Below, piece by piece: positions 51,585-61,734 of a stretch of DNA of 64,000 nucleotides. The stretch lies in assembly GCA_039812685.1 (NCBI GenBank), contig JBDIBB010000001.1, positions 44,203-108,202 of the forward strand, written 5' to 3'. How positions within the stretch are numbered: position 1 is the stretch's first letter; each line of letters opens with the position of its first letter. The position numbers were made by a program, and so were the translations under genes. The notes under the pieces were generated by a model. The model was not told the origin of the DNA. It saw nothing but the letters and a program-made list of their open reading frames with translations, and ran no database searches. Origin of the DNA: Vicinamibacteraceae bacterium (GTDB taxonomy: Bacteria > Acidobacteriota > Vicinamibacteria > Vicinamibacterales > JAFNAJ01).

Positions 51585-52823
51585 TCACCTGACCAGATTG
51601 ATGAACGTCGTGATGACCAGTGCGTTGGTGAAGTCGATGAAGAAGGCGCCCACCATGGGCACCACCAGGAACGCGCGCGGCGCATGGCCGAAGCGCTCGA
51701 CGATGGCCTCCATGTTGGCGACGGCGTTCGGCGTGGCGCCGAGGCCGAATCCGCAATGGCCGCCGGCCATCACCGCCGCGTCGTAATCGCGTCCCATCAC
51801 CCGGTACGTGATGAAGTACGCGAAGGCCGCCATCATCGACACCTGGGCGATGAGGATCACCAGCATGGGGACCGCCAGGCCGAGCAGTTCCCAGAGCCGG
51901 AGCGACATCAGCGCCATGCTCAGGAACAGCGACAGCGCAATCGTCCCCAGATCGTCGACGACGCGCTGCTCCACCTTCATGATGCCGGTCAGATCCGCGA
52001 CGTTGCGCAGCACCGCGGCGGCAATCATCGATCCGATGTAGGCCGGCAGCGTGAAGAACCGGCCCAGCCAGTCACTCAGCAGCGAACCTGCCCACATGGC
52101 GACGAGCACGATCGCGATCACCTTGAGCAGGGTGTAGGCCGTCGCGGCCTCGCCCGTCATCTCGGTGTCGATTTCCGACTCGAGCCCAAGTGCCCGCGCT
52201 TCCCGCTCGGTCGCCGTCGCCTGCCGGGCGCCACCGGGCGTCTCGATCCGATTGCGGCGGATCAGCGACGTCGCCACCGGCCCACCGATGATGCCCCCGC
52301 TCACCAGGCCGAAGGTGGCCGCGGCCATGGCCGCCGTCACGGCGCCGGCAAACGCGTACTGGTCCTCCATGAGCTTGCCGAAGGCCGCGCCGGTGCCGTG
52401 CCCGCCGGTCATCGTGATGGACCCGGCGATCAGGCCGAGAAACGGGTGCACCCCGAGCACCCTGGCCAGGCCCACGCCGACGACGTTCTGCATCACGGCG
52501 AGTGCCGATGCCAGGCCCCAGAACAGCAGCACCTGCGGCCCGCCGACCTTGAGAAGCCCGAAGCTGGCGCCGAGCCCGATCGTCGTGAAGAAGGCGATCA
52601 TCAGCGGCGTCTGCAGCGTGGTGTCGAATTCGAACGCCAGCACGCCGTTGAGCCGCAGCGTGAGGGCGATCGCCGCGAAGAGGAAGCCGCCGACCACCGG
52701 CGCCGGGATGTTGTAACGGTCGAGCACGCCGACACGACGACGCACGCCGTAGCCGACGAACAACACGACCGACGCCAGGGCCAGCGTCTGGATCATGTCG
52801 AGTTTGAAGACGACGGCGATCAT
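51585..52823 (-). CDS. gltS: Sodium/glutamate symporter GltS
   Basis: ATG at 52823 with a GGGAGG SD. YNIPAPVVGGFLFA...FFTTIGLGAS...GSITMTGGHGTGAAFG...GHCGFGLGATPNAVANM...VPMVGAFFIDF. The track ORF is extended to 53111. Confidence 0.9.
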   Translation of the reverse strand: MIAVVFKLDMIQTLALASVVLFVGYGVRRRVGVLDRYNIPAPVVGGFLFAAIALTLRLNGVLAFEFDTTLQTPLMIAFFTTIGLGASFGLLKVGGPQVLLFWGLASALAVMQNVVGVGLARVLGVHPFLGLIAGSITMTGGHGTGAAFGKLMEDQYAFAGAVTAAMAAATFGLVSGGIIGGPVATSLIRRNRIETPGGARQATATEREARALGLESEIDTEMTGEAATAYTLLKVIAIVLVAMWAGSLLSDWLGRFFTLPAYIGSMIAAAVLRNVADLTGIMKVEQRVVDDLGTIALSLFLSMALMSLRLWELLGLAVPMLVILIAQVSMMAAFAYFITYRVMGRDYDAAVMAGGHCGFGLGATPNAVANMEAIVERFGHAPRAFLVVPMVGAFFIDFTNALVITTFINLVR

Positions 52824-52914
52824 GAACCTCCCGGAAACCGGTGCATAATACCGCCCCACAAGGCAGGACTCCAAGCCGCCGTGCCCTGCGGGCCGGCCTG
52901 CGACCGAGGTGTTC

Positions 52915-54411
52915 ATGTCCGATCGCGCCGCAACCGCCACCCTCCACGCCGCCGAGACCCTCGACACCGAATTCACCCGCGGGCTCGGCCTCTTCGACTC
53001 GACCATGGTCGTCATCGGCTCGATGATCGGCTCGGGCATCTTCATCGTTCCGGCCGACATGGCACGGCTGCTGGGCAGCCCCGGCTGGCTGCTGCTGGCC
53101 TGGGTGTTCACCGGCGTGCTGACGGTGACCGCAGCGCTGTCCTACGGCGAGCTGGCCGCGATGATGCCCCGCGCCGGCGGCCAGTACGTCTACCTTCGCG
53201 AAGCGTTCTCGCCGTTGTGGGGCTTCCTGTACGGCTGGACGCTGTTCATGGTGATTCAGACCGGCACGATCGCCGCGGTGGCCGTGGCCTTCGCACGCTT
53301 CCTCGGGCTGATCGTGCCCGCCATCTCCGAGACGCGCTACCTCGTTCCGCCGGTTCATCTCTCCTCGGGGTACGCGGTCTCGCTCTCCACGGCCCAGGCC
53401 GTGGGCGTGGCCATGATCGCGCTGCTGACCTGGTCGAACACGCGCGGGATCAGGACCGGCAAGATCGTGCAGAACATCTTCACCACGGCCAAGACCGGCG
53501 CCCTGCTGGGGCTGATCGCGCTGGGCCTGTTCGTGGGCTGGAACAGCGGCGCAATCGCTGCCAACTTCGGCGATCTCTGGACGCCGCGCGGCCAGATCGA
53601 CATCGTCGACGGCCTCTCGGCCACGAGCGCCTTCGGCCTGTTCGTGGCGCTGTGCGTCTCGCAGACCGGATCGCTCTTCTCGTCGGACGCCTGGAACAAC
53701 ATCACGTTCACGGCGGGCGAGGGGCAGAACCCCCGCCGCAACCTCCGGCTGGCGCTGGGCCTGGGCACCGCCATCGTGATCGGCCTCTACCTGCTGGCCA
53801 ACGTCGCCTACCTGGTGACGCTGCCGTTTGACGCCATCCAGAACGCGCCGTCGGATCGCGTGGCCACGGCGACGATCGACGTGATCTTCCCCGGCCTGGG
53901 CGGCCTGATCATGGCGGTCGCGATCATGATCTCCACCTTCGGCTGCAACAACGGACTCATCCTCGCCGGCGCCCGCGCCTACTACGCCATGGCGCGCGAC
54001 GGCCTGTTCTTCCAGCGGGTCGGGACGCTCAACGCCGCCAAGGTGCCGGCGTGGGGCCTGATCATCCAGGGAATCTGGGCGACGGCGCTCGTGCTGCCGC
54101 GCACCTACAACCCGGCCACGCAGACCTACGGGAACCTCTACTCGAACCTGCTCGACTACGTGATCTCGGCCGCGCTGATCTTCTACGTCCTCACCATCGG
54201 GGGCGTGTTCAGGCTCCGCCACACGCGGCCCGACGCCGATCGCCCCTACAAGGCGTTCGGTTACCCGATCGTGCCGGCCCTCTACATGCTCGGCGCGACG
54301 GCGGTGCTGCTGGTGCTCTTCCTCTACCGGACCGCCACCACGTGGCCGGGACTGATCATCGTGCTGCTGGGCGTACCGGTCTACCTGCTCTGGCACGGCC
54401 GGAAGCGCTGA
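52915..54411 (+). CDS. APC-family amino acid permease
   Basis: The ATG at 52915 has a GAGGT SD 5 nt upstream. The track starts at GTG 52909. GLFDSTMVVIGSMIGSGIFIVP...LSYGELAAMMPRAGGQYVYLREAF, with 12 TM helices. Confidence 0.9.
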   Translation: MSDRAATATLHAAETLDTEFTRGLGLFDSTMVVIGSMIGSGIFIVPADMARLLGSPGWLLLAWVFTGVLTVTAALSYGELAAMMPRAGGQYVYLREAFSPLWGFLYGWTLFMVIQTGTIAAVAVAFARFLGLIVPAISETRYLVPPVHLSSGYAVSLSTAQAVGVAMIALLTWSNTRGIRTGKIVQNIFTTAKTGALLGLIALGLFVGWNSGAIAANFGDLWTPRGQIDIVDGLSATSAFGLFVALCVSQTGSLFSSDAWNNITFTAGEGQNPRRNLRLALGLGTAIVIGLYLLANVAYLVTLPFDAIQNAPSDRVATATIDVIFPGLGGLIMAVAIMISTFGCNNGLILAGARAYYAMARDGLFFQRVGTLNAAKVPAWGLIIQGIWATALVLPRTYNPATQTYGNLYSNLLDYVISAALIFYVLTIGGVFRLRHTRPDADRPYKAFGYPIVPALYMLGATAVLLVLFLYRTATTWPGLIIVLLGVPVYLLWHGRKR

Positions 54412-54463
54412 GGGCCTCCGGAGCGCGCCAGCAGCCGCGGGAACCGCGCGGCGGCCGCCAGCG

Positions 54464-54928
54464 CTACGGCGCCGGCGGCCGACCGGCGTCGGCCATCGCG
54501 AAGGCGCGGTCGATGACGCGCCGGGTGAACGTCGCGATCCCGTAGGTCGGCTCGAGCTCGTCGGGCGCGGCCCAGGCGAGCTCCGCCGCGTCGGACGCCG
54601 CGAGCGCGACGCCGTCGCGCCGGACGCACAGGTAGTCGAGCAGCACGTAGTGATATTCGACGCGTCCGTCGGCGTCGCGTACCACGCGCTCGACGACCTC
54701 CACCAGCGGGCCGGCCTCCACCGCGAGGCCGGTTTCCTCACCCAGTTCGCGGACGACGGCGGCCGCCAGGGTCTCGCCGGTCTCGACCAGACCGCCTGGC
54801 AGGCTCCAGCGGCCCTGGAGGGGCGGCTGGCTGCGCCGCACCAGCAGCACGCGACCCCCGTCGATGACGATGCCCCCGACGCCCACGAGGGGGCGCGCGG
54901 GATAGCGGCGGCCGGCGGCGTCCGTCAT
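54464..54928 (-). CDS. NUDIX hydrolase
   Basis: ATGA overlap with yjbQ. The Nudix box [23 protein letters not shown] fits GX5EX7REUXEEXGU exactly. The track ORF is extended to 55000. Confidence 0.85.
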   Translation of the reverse strand: MTDAAGRRYPARPLVGVGGIVIDGGRVLLVRRSQPPLQGRWSLPGGLVETGETLAAAVVRELGEETGLAVEAGPLVEVVERVVRDADGRVEYHYVLLDYLCVRRDGVALAASDAAELAWAAPDELEPTYGIATFTRRVIDRAFAMADAGRPPAP

Positions 54929-55338
54929 TCGCCCATGACCTTGACGACCACGCGCTTGCGCCGCTGGCCGTCGAACTCCGCGTAGAACACCTGCTCCCAC
55001 GGCCCGAGGTCGAGATCGCCCGCGGTGATCGGCAGCATCACCTGCTGCCCCATGATGGTGCGCTTCAGGTGCGCGTCGGCGTTGTCCTCGCCGGTCTGGT
55101 GGTGCCGGTACGGCAGCCCGGCAGGCGCCAGCTTCTCCAGCCAGGCCTGGAAGTCCTCGATGAGGCCGCTCTCCCAGTCGTTCACGTACACGCCGGCGGT
55201 GATGTGCATGGCCGAGACCAGCACCATGCCTTCCTTCACGCCGCTCTTCTTCACGGCGGCCCGCACCTCATCGGTGATGCGGACGAACTCCTGCCGGTGC
55301 CTGGTGTTGAACCAGAGGTAGTCGGTGTGGGTTTTCAT
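54925..55338 (-). CDS. yjbQ: YjbQ/UPF0047 family protein (secondary thiamine-phosphate synthase-like)
   Basis: [40 protein letters not shown]....L......[44 protein letters not shown]. Confidence 0.85.
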   Translation of the reverse strand: MKTHTDYLWFNTRHRQEFVRITDEVRAAVKKSGVKEGMVLVSAMHITAGVYVNDWESGLIEDFQAWLEKLAPAGLPYRHHQTGEDNADAHLKRTIMGQQVMLPITAGDLDLGPWEQVFYAEFDGQRRKRVVVKVMGE

Positions 55339-55380
55339 GATCGTGGTCCTGGATGGCGTCGCGACGACGACTGCCGGACA

Positions 55381-56511
55381 TCACAGCGGGAGGCTCGCGT
55401 CGGCGCCCATGTCGAGCGGGTCGGTCTCACCGCGCACGAGCCGGCGGAAGGCGGCGGCGCCGATCATCGCCGCGTTGTCGGTGGTCAGGGCCAGGCTGGG
55501 CACGAACACGGGCAGGCCCGCCGCCGCGCCGCGCGCCACGGCGTCGGCGCGCAGGCGCGAGTTGGCCGACACGCCGCCGGCGATGCCAACCGAGCGCGCA
55601 TCGAACCACTTCGCGGCAGCAAACGTGCGCTCGATCAGCACGGTCACGACGGCGCGCTGGAAGCTCGCGCAGATGTCCGCGATCCCGCCCTCCCCGAACA
55701 CGGCGCCAGCCTCCGGGGCGGGCTCTCCCGACGCCGGATCCCAGCCCGACGCCTGCTGGCGCTGGCGGACGTACCGGAGCACCGACGTCTTGAGGCCGCT
55801 GAAGGAGAAATCGGTGCGCCACTTCAGCGCCTCGGCAAACACGCCCGGCACGCCGCGCGCTGGCCTCGCCGCGCGATCCGCGCCGGTCATCCGCGCCATC
55901 GGAAAGCTCACCGCCCGGTCGTCGCCCCCGGCGGCCATCCGATCGACGACCGGCCCCCCGGGGTAGCCCAACCCGAGCAGTTTCGCCACCTTGTCGTACG
56001 CCTCACCCGCCGCATCGTCGCGCGTTCTGCCGACGAGGAGGTACCTTCCCTCCTCTGGAACGTGATAGAGGCTGGTGTGCCCGCCCGAGACCACCAGCAC
56101 GATAGCGGGCAGCGGCAGCGGGCCGTTGTGCAGGACCAGCGACTCGATGTGGCCCGCGAGGTGGTGGACGCCGATGAGCGGCAGGCCGTGGACCCCCGCC
56201 AGCGCCTTCGCGAAGGCGACGCCCACCAGCAGCGACCCGATCAGCCCGGGCCCCCGCGTCACCGCGATGGCGTGCAGGTCGACCCACGTCACGCCGGCTT
56301 CGCACAGGGCACGCTCGACGACCCCGCAGATGTCGCGCAGGTGCTGGCGCGAGGCGAGTTCCGGCACCACGCCGCCCCACTCGCGGTGAATCGCCACCTG
56401 CGAGGCGACGATGCTCGACCGCACGCGCCAGGGCAGGCGCGCGTCGCCCGTGTCCTCCACGATGGCGCAGGCTGTCTCGTCACACGACGATTCGATGGCG
56501 AGCAGCAGCAT
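55381..56511 (-). CDS. tsaD: tRNA N6-adenosine threonylcarbamoyltransferase TsaD
   Basis: LLLAIESSCDETACAIV...GGVVPELASRQH...IAVTRGPGLIGSLLVG...PLIGVHHLAGHI...VVSGGHTSLY...DDAAGEAYDKVAKLLGLGYPGGP. Confidence 0.95.
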   Translation of the reverse strand: MLLLAIESSCDETACAIVEDTGDARLPWRVRSSIVASQVAIHREWGGVVPELASRQHLRDICGVVERALCEAGVTWVDLHAIAVTRGPGLIGSLLVGVAFAKALAGVHGLPLIGVHHLAGHIESLVLHNGPLPLPAIVLVVSGGHTSLYHVPEEGRYLLVGRTRDDAAGEAYDKVAKLLGLGYPGGPVVDRMAAGGDDRAVSFPMARMTGADRAARPARGVPGVFAEALKWRTDFSFSGLKTSVLRYVRQRQQASGWDPASGEPAPEAGAVFGEGGIADICASFQRAVVTVLIERTFAAAKWFDARSVGIAGGVSANSRLRADAVARGAAAGLPVFVPSLALTTDNAAMIGAAAFRRLVRGETDPLDMGADASLPL

Positions 56512-56601
56512 CTTCAGCAGCCTGGCGTCCCGAGGCCCCGGCGGCGGGCGCCCGCGACGCGTGCGGCGCGGTGGCGCGGCGCCGAGCTGGGCCCGCGCGC
56601 T

Positions 56602-57648
56602 TCATGCCCCGGCAAAGAGCGCCTGCAGCGACTCCACATACGGCGCCCGCACGATTCCGCGTTCGGTGACGATGCCCGAAACCAGCGCCGCCGGTGTGAC
56701 GTCGAACGCCGGATTGCGGACCCTGGCCTGCGCCGGCGCGATCTGCGTGGCGCCGACGTGGGTCACCTCGCGCGGGCCGCGCTCCTCGATCGGGATCCGC
56801 GAGCCGTCGGGCGTGGCGAGATCGATCGTCGATCGTGGCGCGGCCACGTAGAACGGGATGCCGTGCTCGCGCGCGAGCACGGCCACCGGGTAGGTTCCCA
56901 CCTTGTTGGCGACATCGCCGTTGGCGGCGATGCGATCGGCGCCGACGACCACGAAGTTGATCAGACCCTGGCGCATGAAGGCGCCCGCCATGCTGTCGGT
57001 GATCACGGTGGTGGCGATGCCGTCGTGCACGAGTTCCCACGCCGTGAGCCTGGCGCCCTGCAGGAAGGGCCTGGTCTCGTCGGCGTAGACCTCGACCGAC
57101 TTGCCAGCCTCCACGGCCCCGCGAACGACGCCGAGCGCGGTGCCGTAGCCGGCCGTCGCCAGCGCCCCGGCGTTGCAGTGGGTGAGCACCCGCGCCTGGT
57201 CGGGCACGACCGCCGCGCCGTACCGCCCGATCGCGCGACAGGCGGCCACGTCCTCGTCGTGGATGGCCAGCGCTTCCCCGGCGAGCCTGGCGGCGATCTC
57301 GTCCACCGACGCGCCGTCGTGCGCGGAGGCGGCAAAGGCCCGCTTCATGCGGTCGATGGCCCAGAACAGGTTCACGGCGGTGGGACGGGTGGCCGCCAGC
57401 AGGTCGCAGGTCTCCTGGAAGCCGACGGCGAACCGGCGCGTCCCCTTTGCCTTGCTGCGCTTCATCTCGAGCGCGATCCCCATCGCCGCCGCGACACCGA
57501 TGGCCGGCGCGCCGCGAATCACCATCGTCCGGATCGCGCGTGCCACCTCCCGCGCCGTGCGGCAGGTGACGTAGACCTCCTTCGAGGGCAGCCTGCGCTG
57601 GTCGATCATCACGACCGCGACACCCTGCCAGTCAATGGTCGGAAGCAT
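56602..57648 (-). CDS. mtnA: S-methyl-5-thioribose-1-phosphate isomerase
   Basis: IDQRRLP...[17 protein letters not shown]...[12 protein letters not shown]...[19 protein letters not shown]...[20 protein letters not shown]...[21 protein letters not shown]. Confidence 0.9.
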   Translation of the reverse strand: MLPTIDWQGVAVVMIDQRRLPSKEVYVTCRTAREVARAIRTMVIRGAPAIGVAAAMGIALEMKRSKAKGTRRFAVGFQETCDLLAATRPTAVNLFWAIDRMKRAFAASAHDGASVDEIAARLAGEALAIHDEDVAACRAIGRYGAAVVPDQARVLTHCNAGALATAGYGTALGVVRGAVEAGKSVEVYADETRPFLQGARLTAWELVHDGIATTVITDSMAGAFMRQGLINFVVVGADRIAANGDVANKVGTYPVAVLAREHGIPFYVAAPRSTIDLATPDGSRIPIEERGPREVTHVGATQIAPAQARVRNPAFDVTPAALVSGIVTERGIVRAPYVESLQALFAGA

Positions 57649-57700
57649 AGACAGGGGATCATACCGCGGGTGCGGCGCCCCGCGGCCCGGGGCCGGAAGG

Positions 57701-58123
57701 CTACTCCGTCCTCACCGCCCAGGGATCCTCGTCGATGTGATGCTGGTCGAAGGGCAGCGGCAGCAGGTCGCCGAGGCGATGGACGCCGCAGACGCCGGTC
57801 GTGCCGGCGAGGACGACCTCGACATCGCCGGCGTATTCCCAGAGCAGTTGCCGGCACGGTCCGCAGGGCGGCGTGGGGGATCGGGTGTCGGCGACCACCA
57901 CCACCCGGCGAACGTCGCGGTGCCCCTCCGAGAGCGCCTTGAAGAGCGCCACCCGCTCGGCGCACATGGTGAGACCGAAGGTCGCGTTCTCGATGTTGCA
58001 GCCGGTGACCACGGTTCCGTCCGCCATCTCGAGGGCGGCGCCCACCTTGAAACGAGAATAGGGGGCGATGGCACGCTCGCGCGCGGCGCGCGCGGCGTCG
58101 ACGAGCGGCTGCAGGTCGGCCAT
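57701..58123 (-). CDS. cdd: Cytidine deaminase
   Basis: [10 protein letters not shown]...[22 protein letters not shown] plus the PCGPCRQ zinc motif. 140 aa, homotetrameric type. Confidence 0.9.
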   Translation of the reverse strand: MADLQPLVDAARAARERAIAPYSRFKVGAALEMADGTVVTGCNIENATFGLTMCAERVALFKALSEGHRDVRRVVVVADTRSPTPPCGPCRQLLWEYAGDVEVVLAGTTGVCGVHRLGDLLPLPFDQHHIDEDPWAVRTE

Positions 58124-58130
58124 GGGGTCC

Positions 58131-58955
58131 TCAGATCCTGGCGAGAATGCCGTCGAGCAGGCCGATGAACTCGTGCCTGACCCGGCGGGCGGTTTCCATC
58201 ACCTCGTCATGGTGAAGCGGCTGCGGCAGCACCCCGGCCGCCATGTTGGTGATGCAGGACAGGCCCAGCACCTCGAGGCCCATGTGCCGGGCGGCGATCG
58301 CCTCGGGCACGGTGGACATGCCGACGGCGTCGGCGCCGATCGCGCGGAAGAAACGGATCTCGGCGGGCGTCTCGTAACTCGGCCCGGCGACCGCGACGTA
58401 GACCCCATGGGCGAGCGAGAGCCCGCGTTCGGCCGCCGCCGCGTCGGCCGCCGCGCGCAACCGCCGCGAGTAGACCTCGGTCATGTCGGGGAACCGCGGG
58501 CCGAGCCGCTCGTCGTTGGGCCCGATCAGGGGATTGGCGCCCAGCAGGTTGATGTGGTCGTCGATGACCATGAGCGCGCCGGCGCCGAACGCGGTGTTCA
58601 CGCCACCGGCCGCGTTGGTGAGCAGCAGGACCTTCACGCCGAGCCGGGCCATCACGCGCACCCCGAAGGTCACGGCCTCCATCGGATGCCCTTCGTAGTA
58701 ATGGGCACGTCCCGAGAGCACGGCCACGCGCCGGTTGCCGCGGATGCCGGCCACCAGCTTGCCGGCATGGCCGATCACGGCCGAGCGGGGCCAGTGGGGA
58801 ATCTCGGTGTAGGGCACCACGACGGCCTCTTCGACGTGCTCGGCGAACTCGCCCAGCCCCGAGCCGAGCACGATGGCCACGTCGGGCGCCTCGCCCACGC
58901 GCGGGCGCAGCGAGGCCGCCGCCTCCTCGAGGCGGGAGAACAGTCCGGTCTGCAT
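58131..58955 (-). CDS. punA: Purine nucleoside phosphorylase (PunA/trimeric type)
   Basis: ATG at 58955 with a GAGGA SD. IVLGSGLG...IPHWPRSAVIGHAGKLV.G......V..L.GRAHYYEG...LLLTNAAGG...GPSYETPAEIRFFRAIGADAVGMSTVPEAI. The track ORF 58131..60539 is over-extended through nupC in another frame. Confidence 0.9.
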   Translation of the reverse strand: MQTGLFSRLEEAAASLRPRVGEAPDVAIVLGSGLGEFAEHVEEAVVVPYTEIPHWPRSAVIGHAGKLVAGIRGNRRVAVLSGRAHYYEGHPMEAVTFGVRVMARLGVKVLLLTNAAGGVNTAFGAGALMVIDDHINLLGANPLIGPNDERLGPRFPDMTEVYSRRLRAAADAAAAERGLSLAHGVYVAVAGPSYETPAEIRFFRAIGADAVGMSTVPEAIAARHMGLEVLGLSCITNMAAGVLPQPLHHDEVMETARRVRHEFIGLLDGILARI

Positions 58956-58963
58956 GGGATTCC

Positions 58964-60316
58964 TCACATCAGCACTGCGGCGATCGACGCGTTGATCAGG
59001 GTCGCGATGAAGCCGCCGAACAGGGCGCGCATGCCATGGCGGGCCAGGTCGTGTCGTCTGGTCGGCGCCATGGCCCCGATCCCCCCGAGCTGGATGCCCA
59101 CCGACCCGAAGTTGGCGAAGCCCGTGAGGGCGTAGGTCGCCAGCGCGTAGGATCTCGGATCCATGTCGCGGTAGGTCGTCGTGAGCTTCACGTAGGAGAC
59201 GAACTCGTTGGCCACCAGCTTGGTGCCCAGCAGGTCGGCCACCCGCGGGACGTCGGGCGCCGCCACGCCCATCAGCACCGCCACGGGCGCGAAGATCCGC
59301 GAGAACAGGGCGGTGAGCGAGAGCGCCGGGTGGATCGCGCCCAGCACGAAGTCGAGCATGGCCAGGATGGCGAGAAACGCGATGAGCATCGCCGCGACGT
59401 TGATGGCCAGCTGCATCCCGTCGGAGGCGCCGCCGGCCGCCGCGTCCACGAAGTTGCTGTGCGGCCGCTCGACGGCGATCGTGGCGTCGCCGCGCGTGGC
59501 GGGCACCTCCACCTCGGGCTGCAGGATCTTGGCGATGTAGAGCCCGCAGGGCGCCGCCATCACGCTCGTGGTGAGGATGGCCACAGGGTCGGCCCCGAGC
59601 GCGATGTAGACGGCCATGACGCCGCCCGAGATCGTCGCGAAGCCGCCGATCATCATCGCCATCAGCTCGGACTGCGTCATCGCGGGAACGAACGGCTTGA
59701 CGATCAGCGGGGCCTCGGTCTGGCCCATGAAGACATTGGCGGTGGCCGAGAGCGTCTCGGCGCCGCTGGTGCGCATCAGCCCCATCATCGACTTCGCCAT
59801 CAGTCTGACGACGAACTGCAGCACGCCGAAGTAGTACAGGACCGTGAAGAACGACGAGACGAAGATGATCGTCGGCAGCGCGGTGAACGCGAACACGAAA
59901 CCGTTTCCGGGGAACGCCTTCTCCATGCCGGCCTGGTCGGCCAGCACGCCGAAGACGAAGCCGGCGCCCGCGTTGGAGAACTCCAGGAACTTGCGGATGC
60001 CGGCGCCGATGGCGCTGAAGAGTTCGTATCCGGGCCTGATGCCGCCAATCTGCAGCTTCAGGATGAAGAGCGCCAGCAGCAGTTGCAGGGTCAATCCCCA
60101 GCCGATGGTGCGCCAGTTCACCGCGCGCAGGTCGCGTGACATGGTGCAGACGATGCACAGGAAGCAGAGGACGCCGGCTGCCCCCTGGGCGCGCGGCCCG
60201 AGCGTGCCTTGCAGGGCATAGGCCGCGCCCAGCAGGAGCGCGGCGACCCCGGCGAAGGCGAGGCGCAGGCGGTGGTCGTGGCGGACGGAGGCCGGAGCGT
60301 CGTGGGGTGTGGTCAT
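58964..60316 (-). CDS. nupC: NupC-family concentrative nucleoside transporter
   Basis: 450 aa. INWRTIGWGLTLQLLLALFILK...FVFAFTALPTIIFVSSFFTVLYYFGVLQ...GQTEAPLIVKP...ELMAMMIGGFATISGGVMAVY...GFANFGSVGIQLGGIG. Confidence 0.9.
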   Translation of the reverse strand: MTTPHDAPASVRHDHRLRLAFAGVAALLLGAAYALQGTLGPRAQGAAGVLCFLCIVCTMSRDLRAVNWRTIGWGLTLQLLLALFILKLQIGGIRPGYELFSAIGAGIRKFLEFSNAGAGFVFGVLADQAGMEKAFPGNGFVFAFTALPTIIFVSSFFTVLYYFGVLQFVVRLMAKSMMGLMRTSGAETLSATANVFMGQTEAPLIVKPFVPAMTQSELMAMMIGGFATISGGVMAVYIALGADPVAILTTSVMAAPCGLYIAKILQPEVEVPATRGDATIAVERPHSNFVDAAAGGASDGMQLAINVAAMLIAFLAILAMLDFVLGAIHPALSLTALFSRIFAPVAVLMGVAAPDVPRVADLLGTKLVANEFVSYVKLTTTYRDMDPRSYALATYALTGFANFGSVGIQLGGIGAMAPTRRHDLARHGMRALFGGFIATLINASIAAVLM

Positions 60317-60333
60317 GGGGTCTCGCGATGGCG

Positions 60334-61638
60334 TCAGGGCAGGCGGTGACGCACGAGCCGGACCGGGGCCGGCGGGACGTCGGCGACGGAGATGCCCGCG
60401 GCGAGCGCGGCCCGCGCGCGCTCGCGCGAGGCCTCGTCGCGGTAGTGAAGGACGAGCAGGGGCTGGCCAGCGGCGACCGCCTCGCCCGGCACGGCCAGCA
60501 GTTCGAGGCCGACCGCGGGATCGACGGCATCACCCGCACGGTTGCGTCCGGCGCCGAGCAGGACGGCCGCGGTCCCCGCCGCCGTGGCCTCCACTCGAGC
60601 CAGGTAGCCGGATCGGGGGGCGACGATCGTGTCGCGCCCGGGCGCGGCGGGCAGTGTCTCCGGGCGATCCACCACGCGAGGGTCGCCGCCCTGCGCCTCG
60701 ATCATCGCGGCGAACCGTTCGAGCGCGGCGCCCGATGCCAGGGCGCGCTGGACCTGTCGGGCGGCCGCCGCCTCGTCGCGGGCGAGCCCGGCCAGCCAGA
60801 GCATCCTCGCGGCCAGGTCGCCGCAGAGCGCGACCAGGTCGGCCGGCCCTCCCCCGCGGAGCACGGCGATGGCCTCGGCCACCTCGAGCGCGTTGCCGAC
60901 GGCGCGGCCCAGCGGCGCGTCCATGGCGGTGATGAGCGCCTCGGTGCGCACGCCGGCCTCGAGGCCGGCCGCCGCCATCAGTCCGGCGAGGCGCCGCGCG
61001 TCGGCTTCCTCGCGCATGAACGCGCCGGTCCCGGTCTTGACATCGAGCACGAGCGCGCCGACACCCTCCGCGAGCTTCTTGCTCATGATCGAGGCGGCGA
61101 TCAAGGGCACCGAGTCGACGGTGGCGGTCACGTCACGCAGCGCGTACAGCACCCGATCGGCCGGCGCGATGGCGTCGGTCTGGCCGACGATGGCACAGCC
61201 GACGCGCGCCAGTTGCGCGCGCAGTTCGGCGACGGTGAGCGAGGTCCGCAGGCCCTGGATGGCTTCCAGCTTGTCGAGGGTCCCACCGGTGTGCCCCAGG
61301 CCCCGCCCCGACATCATCGGCACGATGGCACCGCAGGCCGCCGCAAGCGGCGCCAGGACGAGCGAGGTCTTGTCGCCCACTCCGCCTGTGGAGTGCTTGT
61401 CAACGCTCGGCCCGGGCAGCCCGGACAGGTCGAGTCGCTCGCCGGAGGCCACCATGGCCGAGGTGAGGGCAGCGGTCTCGGCCCCGGTCATGCCCCGCAA
61501 CGTGATCGCCATCAGCAGGGCGACCGCCTGATAGTCGGGGATGGCGCGCGCGGTCACGCCCTCGACGAACCAGGCGATCTCCGCGGGCGACAACGCCTGG
61601 CCGTCGCGCTTCGAGCGGATGATGTCGACGGCACGCAT
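60334..61638 (-). CDS. deoA: Thymidine/pyrimidine-nucleoside phosphorylase
   Basis: ATG at 61638. IIRSKRDGQALS..EI..F......IPDYQ.AL.MAI...GMT..ET.ALT.AM..SGE.LDL......VDKHSTGGVGDKTSLVLAPL.AACG..VPMMSGRGLGHTGGTLDKLE. The track ORF is extended to 61908. Confidence 0.9.
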   Translation of the reverse strand: MRAVDIIRSKRDGQALSPAEIAWFVEGVTARAIPDYQAVALLMAITLRGMTGAETAALTSAMVASGERLDLSGLPGPSVDKHSTGGVGDKTSLVLAPLAAACGAIVPMMSGRGLGHTGGTLDKLEAIQGLRTSLTVAELRAQLARVGCAIVGQTDAIAPADRVLYALRDVTATVDSVPLIAASIMSKKLAEGVGALVLDVKTGTGAFMREEADARRLAGLMAAAGLEAGVRTEALITAMDAPLGRAVGNALEVAEAIAVLRGGGPADLVALCGDLAARMLWLAGLARDEAAAARQVQRALASGAALERFAAMIEAQGGDPRVVDRPETLPAAPGRDTIVAPRSGYLARVEATAAGTAAVLLGAGRNRAGDAVDPAVGLELLAVPGEAVAAGQPLLVLHYRDEASRERARAALAAGISVADVPPAPVRLVRHRLP

Positions 61639-61734
61639 CGGTCGGCGAGTATATGGGATTTCGGCGCGGCTTATACTGGGCGCCGTGCGCATCACCGATC
61701 CAACTCGACCGCACGCGGGCCGGCAGCGAGTCCG

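Noticed and set aside
50829-53831. 1000-aa plus-strand ORF, the longest in the track. Similar giants occur at 55069..57942 (+, 957 aa), 52072..54741 (-, 889 aa), 11064..13550 (-, 828 aa), 11192..13600 (+, 802 aa), 7447..9504 (+, 685 aa) and 34509..36563 (+, 684 aa).
   Set aside because: Their translations are monotonous Arg/Gly/Pro/Ala/His/Asp strings with no family motifs. Each lies antisense to, or out of frame with, ORFs that carry unambiguous signatures (gltS, APC permease, tsaD/mtnA, AP-family enzyme, ABC permease, the 897-aa membrane protein). Long stop-free shadow frames are expected at about 70% GC.
58131-60539. 802-aa minus-strand ORF spanning the punA and nupC region as a single protein.
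   Set aside because: Only the C-terminal 274 aa, from ATG 58955 with a GAGGA SD, are PNP-like. The upstream 528 aa are low-complexity and overlap the clear NupC frame (58964..60316).
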